Below are positions 56,562-64,000 of a stretch of DNA of 64,000 nucleotides, one piece after another; the first letter of the stretch is position 1, and every line of letters starts with the position of its first letter. Made by a program: the position numbers and the translations under genes. The notes below the pieces were generated by a model that saw only the letters and a list, made by a program, of their open reading frames with translations, was not told the DNA's origin and searched no databases. Source of the stretch: an uncultured Rikenellaceae bacterium (GTDB lineage: Bacteria > Bacteroidota > Bacteroidia > Bacteroidales > VadinHA17); NCBI GenBank assembly GCA_963802145.1, contig CAWDHN010000005.1, positions 188,023-252,022 of the forward strand, given 5' to 3'.

Positions 56562-57983
56562 TTAGTAGTAAAGGTCCCGCTCACCGTTCCTGATGCGGTC
56601 AATCTTCTTCCTGATACTCTCCTTCATTCCCTCGTCGAGGTCTGCCATATTCTTCTCTATGGCCTTCCATCCCTTCTCGGCCAGGGCGGGGGAGGCATAG
56701 TCAACGATATATTCTGACAGTGTCAGTATGGCGTTGGGGGTGCAGTAACGCTTGATGAATCCCGGGACGGAGAACTCCATGAAATGTTCGCCGGTGCGTC
56801 CGAGCCTGTAGCAGGCGGTGCAGAACGATGGGATATAATCATTGTCGATGAGCTCGTCAATTACATCGGCAAGCGATCTTTCGTCATTGATCTTGAACTG
56901 CTCGCGGTTGAGGTTCTGCTGCTCGTTCCTTGAGGCGGAGTAACCGCCGAGCTCCAGCTTTGTACCTCCGTCTATCTGCGACACTCCGAAAGCCATGGCC
57001 TCCGCCCTGACATCAGGCGTCTCACGTGCTGTGAGAATCAGTCCTGTATAGGGAACTGCAAGACGCAGTATGGCAATCAGCTTCTTGAAATTGTCGTCGC
57101 TGACATAATATTTGCCGTTCAGGTTCAGCATGGATGCATCCTTGATCCTTGGAAACGAGATGGTGTGCGGTCCGACATTATAACAGGCCTCGAGGTGGTT
57201 GGTATGCCTCACCAGTCCCAGGACCTCGAACCTCCAGTCGTACAGTCCGAACAGCGCCCCGATGCCCACATCGTCAATGCCGGCCTCCTGGGCCCTGTCA
57301 AGGGCAGTGAGCCTCCAGTTGTAATCACTCTTCTTACCTCCAAGGTGATAAAGCTTGTATGCATCCGGGTCATAAGTCTCCTGGAAGATCTGGTAGGTGC
57401 CTATGCCTGAACGGCCAACAGTCCGGAAGCCGTCAATGTCTAGAGGTGCGGCATTGATATTGACCCTTCTTATCTCCCCTCTGCCTTTTCTGATACTGTA
57501 AACAAGCTTTACTGTATGGGCAATGAATTCCGGATCATACTCAGGATGCTCGCCGTAAACCAGTATAAGTCTCTTCTGGCCGTTATCCTCGAGTGCCTCC
57601 ACCTCAGCAGTTATCTCCTGGTCGCTGAGGGTCTTGCGTCTTGCCTCCTTGTTGGTCACCCTGAATCCGCAATACTGGCAGTTGTTGCTGCACTTGTTAC
57701 CTATGTAGAGTGGGGCAAAGAGCACTATCCTGTTGCCATATACCTTTTTCTTAAGTTCGCGTGCCCCGGCCTTGATCTCCTCAACCAGTTCGCCTTCAGC
57801 GTTGATAAGGGATGCCGTCTCGGCAAGGGTGAGACGCTCCTTCGACAGTGATTTTGCGATCAGTTCCCTGACCCTTGCCTTATCAGCCTTTGCATTGTTT
57901 ATTATCGACCACAGCTCGGCGGGATCAATGAAAGATTCCATCCGCCGGTCCGGTATACTCAGTTTTTCAGGATTAAATTTCAT
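56562..57983 (-). CDS. hydG: [FeFe]-hydrogenase maturase HydG (radical SAM)
   Basis: LFAPLYIGNKCSNNCQYCGF, RRVNINAAP, QETY, GPHTISFPR, C-terminal SFCTACYR...FC/YCTPNA and GERDLYY. Confidence 0.95.
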   Translation of the reverse strand: MKFNPEKLSIPDRRMESFIDPAELWSIINNAKADKARVRELIAKSLSKERLTLAETASLINAEGELVEEIKAGARELKKKVYGNRIVLFAPLYIGNKCSNNCQYCGFRVTNKEARRKTLSDQEITAEVEALEDNGQKRLILVYGEHPEYDPEFIAHTVKLVYSIRKGRGEIRRVNINAAPLDIDGFRTVGRSGIGTYQIFQETYDPDAYKLYHLGGKKSDYNWRLTALDRAQEAGIDDVGIGALFGLYDWRFEVLGLVRHTNHLEACYNVGPHTISFPRIKDASMLNLNGKYYVSDDNFKKLIAILRLAVPYTGLILTARETPDVRAEAMAFGVSQIDGGTKLELGGYSASRNEQQNLNREQFKINDERSLADVIDELIDNDYIPSFCTACYRLGRTGEHFMEFSVPGFIKRYCTPNAILTLSEYIVDYASPALAEKGWKAIEKNMADLDEGMKESIRKKIDRIRNGERDLYY

Positions 57984-58022
57984 CTTCTCATCTATTGAAT
58001 TCTTCCCCCTCGGATTAACACG

Positions 58023-58030
58023 CAAAGATA
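58023..58030 (-). promoter_or_regulatory. Bacteroidota -7 element (TATCTTTG) upstream of hydG
   Basis: Exact match on the minus strand about 40 nt upstream of the ATG, suggesting an internal hydG promoter. Confidence 0.5.
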
Positions 58031-58062
58031 CTCTTTTTCAGGCCAGGTTGCTCCCTGACAGA

Positions 58063-58974
58063 TCAGAATATCAGCTCCTGCACCTCCATTACGCCTTCCG
58101 CAAGAAGCTTGTCTGCCGGCATGTCAGCATTGGAAGCATCAAGCCGTTTATGAAAGAAAAGGGTCATTCGTTTCCCCGGTATATCATCCTCATAATTCTC
58201 AAGATGCAGGTATATGTCAGGCAACAGTGAACCATTACCGGGTATGTAGACCATACCCCTTGAAAAAAATGTCTCCGCCGCACATGAGACTGCATAAAGT
58301 CCCGGTGGGGGGACCAGCTTTGTCCGCTCAGTAACAGGTATCTTAATAAGGGGCACGACGGGTGTTATGCCGGGGTCCTCTTTCACAGCCGTACCGATGA
58401 TAAGGTAGTAATGATCGAGGTACGCATTGGCGCGTTGTATATAGCCTGCAGAGAGAGCCTCTCTTATGCGTGTTGAGCTGACGGTCTCGTTCTGTACCTC
58501 CTGCATGGGTATCTCCTCGGCTTCAAAACCGTATTTGCCTCTCCACTCCCACAATGTCCGGTAATCGCCCTCCTGGTTATACCCGAAGTGGTGATTATGG
58601 CCCACCACAATCACTTTTGCCTTCAGTATACCACAAAGGATATCCCTGACAAACTCTTCGCTGGTGATGCGCGAGAACTCATGTGTGAACCCGATTATTA
58701 TGACATTGTCGAGTCCGGCCTTACGCAGCATTTCGATCTTCTCCTCTCCGGAACAGATCAGTTTCAGTCCCTTCCCGGCGCTCTCGGGATAGAGCACCAC
58801 CCTGGGGTGAGGATCGAATGTAATCAGGACGCTTTCACCGCCGGCATCTGCTGCCAGTTTCTTAAGGCGTCTTATGATGGTTTTGTGCCCGATATGGACT
58901 CCGTCGAAAGTGCCTGTCGTGACAACAGGTGAACTGATCACCGCTGCCTCCTCAAAGCTTCTGAAAATTCTCAT
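58063..58974 (-). CDS. ribF: RibF-like FMN adenylyltransferase (FAD synthetase) with a degenerate riboflavin-kinase domain
   Basis: The N-terminal GTFDGVHIGH, TFDPHPR, VVGHNHHFG and VSSTRIR motifs are intact. The C-terminal kinase motif G..IGFPTAN is not recognisable. Confidence 0.8.
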   Translation of the reverse strand: MRIFRSFEEAAVISSPVVTTGTFDGVHIGHKTIIRRLKKLAADAGGESVLITFDPHPRVVLYPESAGKGLKLICSGEEKIEMLRKAGLDNVIIIGFTHEFSRITSEEFVRDILCGILKAKVIVVGHNHHFGYNQEGDYRTLWEWRGKYGFEAEEIPMQEVQNETVSSTRIREALSAGYIQRANAYLDHYYLIIGTAVKEDPGITPVVPLIKIPVTERTKLVPPPGLYAVSCAAETFFSRGMVYIPGNGSLLPDIYLHLENYEDDIPGKRMTLFFHKRLDASNADMPADKLLAEGVMEVQELIF

Positions 58975-58985
58975 TGAGCTGGCGG

Positions 58986-59609
58986 CTACCTCTTTTCCTT
59001 GACAAAATAGGCCACCTTCTCTATGGAGGTGATCATGTCAAACTCCTCGAGCCAGACATTGTCAGGCACATTCAGCGGGACGGTGGTGAAGTTCATTATC
59101 CCCTTGATACCGTTGCTCACAAGCATTGCCGTCACCGTCACTGCCTGGTCCGGGGGAACGGTCAGCACCGCAATCGTAATATCCAGCTCGCTCTTGAGCT
59201 TCTTCATCTGGTCAAGGTGGTAGCACTTAACCCCCGCAACCACCTTGTCAACCTTCTGAGGGTCGACGTCAAGGGCAGCAACCACGTTCATGTTGGTGCG
59301 CTTTCCCCTGAAGTACCCTGTTATGGCCCGGCCCAGGTTGCCCATGCCTATTATTGCCACGTTCAGTCCGCTGGGAGCGTCGATTATTGACCCGATTGTT
59401 TTTATCAGTTCCCTCACGTCATATCCCTTGCGCATCACGCTGCCATACCCGATAAGCATCAGATCGCGCCTGACCTGCACGGCTGTTATGTGAAGCATGG
59501 CTGCAAGCTCGTGTGAAAAAACATAATTGCGGTTCACCGCAAGCGAGGATATCAGTGCCCGTCTGTACTGACTGAGGCGTTCGACTGTCTTTCCCGGTAG
59601 TGTCTTCAT
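58986..59609 (-). CDS. rex: Redox-sensing transcriptional repressor Rex
   Basis: TVERLSQYRR, S.ELA.......QVRRDL..IG.G....GY, Rossmann IGMGNLGRA, and GIKGIMNF. Confidence 0.93.
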   Translation of the reverse strand: MKTLPGKTVERLSQYRRALISSLAVNRNYVFSHELAAMLHITAVQVRRDLMLIGYGSVMRKGYDVRELIKTIGSIIDAPSGLNVAIIGMGNLGRAITGYFRGKRTNMNVVAALDVDPQKVDKVVAGVKCYHLDQMKKLKSELDITIAVLTVPPDQAVTVTAMLVSNGIKGIMNFTTVPLNVPDNVWLEEFDMITSIEKVAYFVKEKR

Positions 59610-60754
59610 AATTCTGCCTTTAGGTTGGTGACCTGTGATTTTGGAATTATAACCTTAAAAACTGACCCCTTGTCAGGGATGCTCTCCACGTCAATGACCC
59701 CGTGGTACAGCTCCACCACCTTTTTGACGATGGAGAGTCCGAGGCCGCTGCCGCTGATATTACGTGTCTTGTCATTCTTTATGCGTGAAAACTCTTCGAA
59801 GAGTATGTCGCGCTCATCGGCATTCATTCCTATTCCGGTATCCGCCACCGAGAATATGAACTCACTGTCATTGCAGTCGACCGTAATAGTCACCGTTCCT
59901 CCTGTCCTGTTGTACTTAACTGCATTTGACACAAGATTGTTCATAATGATCTCAAAATCATTCGGATCAGCCCATATGGTCTCACATCCCCTTATGTCAG
60001 TCACGAAGTGGATATCCTTGTGTATCGCATATGGACTGACGGTCACCACTGCCATCGAGACCAGGTCCTTCAGGTTTACATTCTGCAACTTCTCGAGCTG
60101 GCGCTCGAAACTCACCTTGGTAAAGTCGAGGAGGTCCATGATCAGGTTACGCATGCTGTCAATGCGCTGCAGCGATCTCTCTATGGCAGATGCATACTCG
60201 TCAAGGGAGTCGCCCATCTGCCTCTCCTGCATCATCTTCAGGTAACCCTCTATGGCATTCAGCGGCGCCTTCAGCTCATGTGAGAGTACTGAGAGGAACT
60301 GGAACCTCACCTTTCTTCCCTCCACCTTGAGCTTGTGGGTTATCCTCCTCAGGTACTGCTGCTTGGTGATCTGTTCTATCGAGGCCTTGAGCTCCTGCGG
60401 GGTAAATGGTTTGGGGATGAAGTCAATGGCACCGTCATTGTGTGCCCTGACCGCTACATCAATCGAAGCGTATGACGTTATCATCGCCACCACGATATCA
60501 TAGTTCTTCTTCCTCACGTACTCGAGGACCTCCACACCCTGAATGCCGGGGAGCTTGTTGTCAAGCAGCAGGATATCAGGCATCTCGCGGTCTATGATCT
60601 CAATACCCTCTTCACCGGTAGCCGCTTCCAGGATATTAAAAGTGTAGTCTTCGTCCATGAATGGATAGGTGACATGGAAGTTGCCAAGGATCCTGGTCAC
60701 GCCTGACCTGATGCCGGGTTCATCATCCACCACAAGTATTTTTAGCTGTGCCAT
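59606..60754 (-). CDS. Hybrid receiver-histidine kinase (Rec-HisKA-HATPase)
   Basis: ILVVDDE, LLDNKLPG, DFIPKPF, H-box SHELKAPL, NLVSNAVKY, DTGIG and GSGLGL. Confidence 0.92.
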   Translation of the reverse strand: MAQLKILVVDDEPGIRSGVTRILGNFHVTYPFMDEDYTFNILEAATGEEGIEIIDREMPDILLLDNKLPGIQGVEVLEYVRKKNYDIVVAMITSYASIDVAVRAHNDGAIDFIPKPFTPQELKASIEQITKQQYLRRITHKLKVEGRKVRFQFLSVLSHELKAPLNAIEGYLKMMQERQMGDSLDEYASAIERSLQRIDSMRNLIMDLLDFTKVSFERQLEKLQNVNLKDLVSMAVVTVSPYAIHKDIHFVTDIRGCETIWADPNDFEIIMNNLVSNAVKYNRTGGTVTITVDCNDSEFIFSVADTGIGMNADERDILFEEFSRIKNDKTRNISGSGLGLSIVKKVVELYHGVIDVESIPDKGSVFKVIIPKSQVTNLKAEL

Positions 60755-60755
60755 T

Positions 60756-61151
60756 TCAGATCTTCAGTAGTTTTTTGATTTCAAGGTCAAGCTGTTCGGG
60801 TCTCACCCCCTTTTCCAGGTAGAGGTCTGCCCTGATCCACTCGCGGTCCTGGCCGCTGTTCAGTCCAAAAGTTATCCCGGTCTCCCTTGAGACTGCCGTG
60901 GCCAGTATTACAGGCACCTCCGGGTATTTTCTCTTAAGCTTGTAACAGAGGATAAAGCCGCTGTCATCACTCTCCATCATCAGGTCGAAGACAGCGATAT
61001 CAGGTTTCATCTTTGCGATCACCTGCTCAGCCTCCGCCTGGCTCTCCACAGCCACCACCTCATAGCCTGCCCTGCGAAGGTGAAAGGCTACCTGGAAGAG
61101 GTAGTCGGGGTCATCATCGGCAAGCAGGACTGTATATATTTTACTGCTCAT
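60756..61151 (-). CDS. Single-domain response regulator (receiver only)
   Basis: VLLADDD, phospho-Asp in AVFDLMM, ILATAV and LEK. Confidence 0.9.
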   Translation of the reverse strand: MSSKIYTVLLADDDPDYLFQVAFHLRRAGYEVVAVESQAEAEQVIAKMKPDIAVFDLMMESDDSGFILCYKLKRKYPEVPVILATAVSRETGITFGLNSGQDREWIRADLYLEKGVRPEQLDLEIKKLLKI

Positions 61152-61206
61152 TATATGTGTAAGTTATCGTTATTTCATTTAATATAAACCAGGCGAGCCG
61201 GTATCT

Positions 61207-63171
61207 CTACTCAGGCCTCCTGGGAAGTATTATCTTAAAGGTTGTGCCCGTGGGTCCTTTTGACGGTTCATTGTTTGTCTCAACGGTGATCTGTCCCTTG
61301 TGCATCTTCACTATTCCATAGGTGGTGGCCAGTCCCAGACCCGTTCCCTTGCCAAGGCCCTTGGTGGTAAAGAAGGGTTCGAATATCTTCGGTTTATCCT
61401 CCTCCCTTATGCCGGTTCCTGTGTCAGAGACGATAAAAATAACGTCGCTGACCGTATCCTCAAGGCATATCTTAAGCGTTCCGCCGTCAGGCATTGCGTC
61501 GATGGCGTTCCTGAACAGGTTGGTGAGCACCTGGGTCATCTGTTCAGAGTCTATGGCAGCGTCAGGGCTTGTGGTGCGGTCTTCAATTACAGTACTGATA
61601 TTTTCCGGGAACACCACTCCGGCAACACTGCTCTCAGTCAGTTTTCTTATGTCAATAACCTGGTGGTTAACCTGGTTCTTGCGGGCAAAGTTAAGCAGTC
61701 CGCCCACGATCTTCTTGCAGCGTGCCGCCTGTTCAACGATAAGCTGGATATCATCGCGCAACGGATCCTCCGGTTTGACCTCATCGAGGAGTATGTTGCT
61801 GTACATGATCACCACTCCCAGGGGGTTATTGAGTTCGTGTGCTATGCCTGCAGATAGCTGCCCCATGTGTGCAAGCTTCTCCGACTGTTTGAGGGCGTTC
61901 TGCATGGTTGTCAGTTTGGCGTTGGAGAGTGCCAGGTCCTGCACTGACCTGTGCAGCTTCTCAATGGTATATGGCAGGCACATCTCCTCCTCGGCCAGTC
62001 CCTTGACAATTGCCAGGGCATGGTCATAGCAGGTGTCATAGCCGCATGCGCCGCAGTTCAGATGGTCTTTGGGCGTCAGCTTTCCCATGGAGGCGAGAAC
62101 CTTAATCACCTCTCCCTCTTCACCGATCATCTGGCGCTTATCTTCCGGCTTAAAGCGCACAGAAAGGTCAAGCTTGTCATAGGTCTCCAGGTTTTTGCTC
62201 CAGTCATCCATGTCGAGGCTGGTCATCTTCTGCTGTGCATAGGTGCTTACCAGTGCCCTCCTGTTGTACTGTTTGCCTCCCTTGCTCATGCCGGGGCCCA
62301 TTATGCATCCTTCACAACATAGCAGTTCGAGGTGCTGTCCGCCTATCATCCCCTCCTCAAATTCCTTTATGGCCTCCTGGAAGTCAATCCTTCCTTCGGC
62401 AGCTATAATGTTTCCGGTAATGGCGTCATCATTCACGCCGGCTGTCTGAAGGAGTCCTCTCGTCACCGGGAAGATGGCTCCGCGTCCTCCCAGCGGCGGG
62501 TCGAACTCTGAAGGAGCCACCGTTTCAGGAGTGATACCGGCTGTTTCAAACATCTCGCGCAGCTCGAGGAATGTAATGGCGACGTCGACCTCAGTGTTCT
62601 CGGCTTTCTTTGCCACGCAGGGCCCGATGAATACAACAGGCAGGTCCTCTCCGTGTTTTTCCCGCATCACCCTTGTCATAGCCACCATGGGCGAGACAAC
62701 CGGGATGAGGTTCTGAGTGAGGTCAGGGTGGTAGAACCTGATAAAGGAGACGATGGCGGGGCAGTCTGATGAGATATAGTTTTCCGCTCCGGCCTCGCTG
62801 ATCAGGTTGCGGTAGCGGTGTGCCACCAGATCGGCGCCGAAGGAGACCTCGACGACATAATCAAAGCCGAGGGCCCTGATCATGCCAACCACCTTCTGAT
62901 GGTCAGTCACGTCATGGAACTCTGCCGGAAAGCTGGGTGCCACCAGTGCCGCCTTCCTGCCGGGTTTCTCAAGTACCTTGGTCACCATTTCAACGGTGTT
63001 CACGAACACCTTGGCGCCCTGGCTGCACACCTTCGTGCAGTTGCCGCATGCCACGCACCTCTCGGTGATCACCTCCGCCTGTCCGCCTACAATGCGTATG
63101 GCACGCGCCGGGCACTCCCTCACGCAGGTGTAACAGGTACGGCATAATTCTTTTATGGTATATACTAACAT
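61207..63171 (-). CDS. Putative sensory [FeFe]-hydrogenase fused to a histidine kinase (group C1-like)
   Basis: 2[4Fe-4S] (CRTCYTCVRECP, CVACGNCTKVC), H-cluster motifs SSDCP / GPCVAKKAE / ELLCCEGCIMGPG, an FeS motif CGACGYDTC...C, H-box AHELNNPL and the HATPase motif FFTTK..GKGTGLGL. Confidence 0.9.
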   Translation of the reverse strand: MLVYTIKELCRTCYTCVRECPARAIRIVGGQAEVITERCVACGNCTKVCSQGAKVFVNTVEMVTKVLEKPGRKAALVAPSFPAEFHDVTDHQKVVGMIRALGFDYVVEVSFGADLVAHRYRNLISEAGAENYISSDCPAIVSFIRFYHPDLTQNLIPVVSPMVAMTRVMREKHGEDLPVVFIGPCVAKKAENTEVDVAITFLELREMFETAGITPETVAPSEFDPPLGGRGAIFPVTRGLLQTAGVNDDAITGNIIAAEGRIDFQEAIKEFEEGMIGGQHLELLCCEGCIMGPGMSKGGKQYNRRALVSTYAQQKMTSLDMDDWSKNLETYDKLDLSVRFKPEDKRQMIGEEGEVIKVLASMGKLTPKDHLNCGACGYDTCYDHALAIVKGLAEEEMCLPYTIEKLHRSVQDLALSNAKLTTMQNALKQSEKLAHMGQLSAGIAHELNNPLGVVIMYSNILLDEVKPEDPLRDDIQLIVEQAARCKKIVGGLLNFARKNQVNHQVIDIRKLTESSVAGVVFPENISTVIEDRTTSPDAAIDSEQMTQVLTNLFRNAIDAMPDGGTLKICLEDTVSDVIFIVSDTGTGIREEDKPKIFEPFFTTKGLGKGTGLGLATTYGIVKMHKGQITVETNNEPSKGPTGTTFKIILPRRPE

Positions 63172-63182
63172 TATCCTTTCAC

Positions 63183-64000
63183 TTAAAGCAGTACATCGCG
63201 TTTGCTGAAATGTGTATGGAACAGCGTCTTATCAGCAAGCTCGGAGCACTGTTCAAATACCTTGCCATAGAGGTCCGAAACCGAGGCAGACTGTTCAGGA
63301 CCGCGCACCGCCTCCTGGTCGTCGGTCTGCCATATGAATCTCGATCGCAGGCGTACGGCCTCCTTCGAGCCTGCAGGGAGCATTCCTCCCCCGTTTACGC
63401 AACCGCCGGGGCATGCCATCACCTCCACAAGGTCATAATGTGTTCCACCGTCAAGCATCTGCCTCAGCTTCTCCAGTCCCTTCAGTCCGTCCACCACGGC
63501 TACGGTATAGGTTACCCCACCGGCGGTAACCATGGCTTCCCTGAAGCTGCCGTTATTGCGCAGCTTTTTGACGGCCGGTTTGTCAGCCTCCTTCTCTCCT
63601 GCCCTGACAGCGATGGAACGGAGGACAGACTCGGTGATGCCTCCTGCGGCTTCGGCAAGCAGTGAGGCTGAGCTGCGGAGAGCCATGGGTTCGTCTGCAG
63701 GCTCGGGATCGATGTTTGTTATGTCGATACCATACAGGATGATCAGCCTGGCCAGCTCCCTGACAGTAAGAACGGTGTCAATGTCACTGATGCCCTTCCT
63801 GGTCATGCTGTCACGGCGCGCCTCGAACTTCATCGCTGTGCAGGGTGTGACCGAAACGGTGTATACCCTCGATTTATCAGCCGTTGCCGGGACAACTGAC
63901 TTAATGATTGCGCCTGAGATCTGCTGCGGCGTCTTCAGCGTTGACAGCAGCGGCAGCAGCTCCGGGGTGAACTGTTCGCAGTATTTGACCCATGCCGGAC
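63183..64000 (-). CDS. [FeFe]-hydrogenase (group A-like) H-domain, C-terminal part; start lies beyond the window
   Basis: The frame is open to the window edge: (C)PAWVKYCE...KTPQQ...VTPCTAMKFE...D.VLTVRELA...EVMACPGGCVNGGG...LFHTHF. Confidence 0.85.
   Translation of the reverse strand, partial: PAWVKYCEQFTPELLPLLSTLKTPQQISGAIIKSVVPATADKSRVYTVSVTPCTAMKFEARRDSMTRKGISDIDTVLTVRELARLIILYGIDITNIDPEPADEPMALRSSASLLAEAAGGITESVLRSIAVRAGEKEADKPAVKKLRNNGSFREAMVTAGGVTYTVAVVDGLKGLEKLRQMLDGGTHYDLVEVMACPGGCVNGGGMLPAGSKEAVRLRSRFIWQTDDQEAVRGPEQSASVSDLYGKVFEQCSELADKTLFHTHFSKRDVLL

Overview
Chromosomal window from an anaerobic Bacteroidales/Bacteroidota genome. The evidence is repeated TAnnTTTG -7 promoter motifs, the gldFG-dnaN order, DUF3078 and lipoprotein signals. 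It holds about 55 CDSs and one tRNA-Ser(TGA), with no integrase, transposase or CRISPR. There are three notable blocks. (1) 4193-13241 is a co-oriented, lower-GC phosphate locus: DUF47, a PiT/PHO4 transporter fused through an extra TM helix and coiled coil to a LuxR-type HTH, an OprO/P porin, a lamin-tail lipoprotein, two CYTH-fold proteins, a DASS/SLC13 permease and an unknown membrane protein. This is the best candidate for an undescribed system, a phosphate 'transceptor' controlling a (poly)phosphate utilisation locus. (2) 42879-52245 is a peptide/amino-acid fermentation cluster: ADP-forming acyl-CoA ligase, an Mpv17-like protein, an aminotransferase, a four-subunit 2-oxoacid oxidoreductase and a dipeptidase. 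(3) 52314-64000 is an [FeFe]-hydrogenase maturation and sensing cluster: HydE, HydG, a TM1266-like protein, a RibF with a degenerate kinase domain, Rex, two receiver proteins, a hydrogenase-histidine kinase fusion and a motif-divergent group A-like hydrogenase. Three genes (nfeD, SpoIID, an M14 peptidase) each carry a single extra base in a similar context, probably a sequencing artefact. Intergenic DNA carries several structured repeat families: inverted copies of the tRNA trailer, 42/49-bp arrays with a covarying hairpin, and heptamer runs. All protein family calls come from recognising motifs by eye; no database searches were run.
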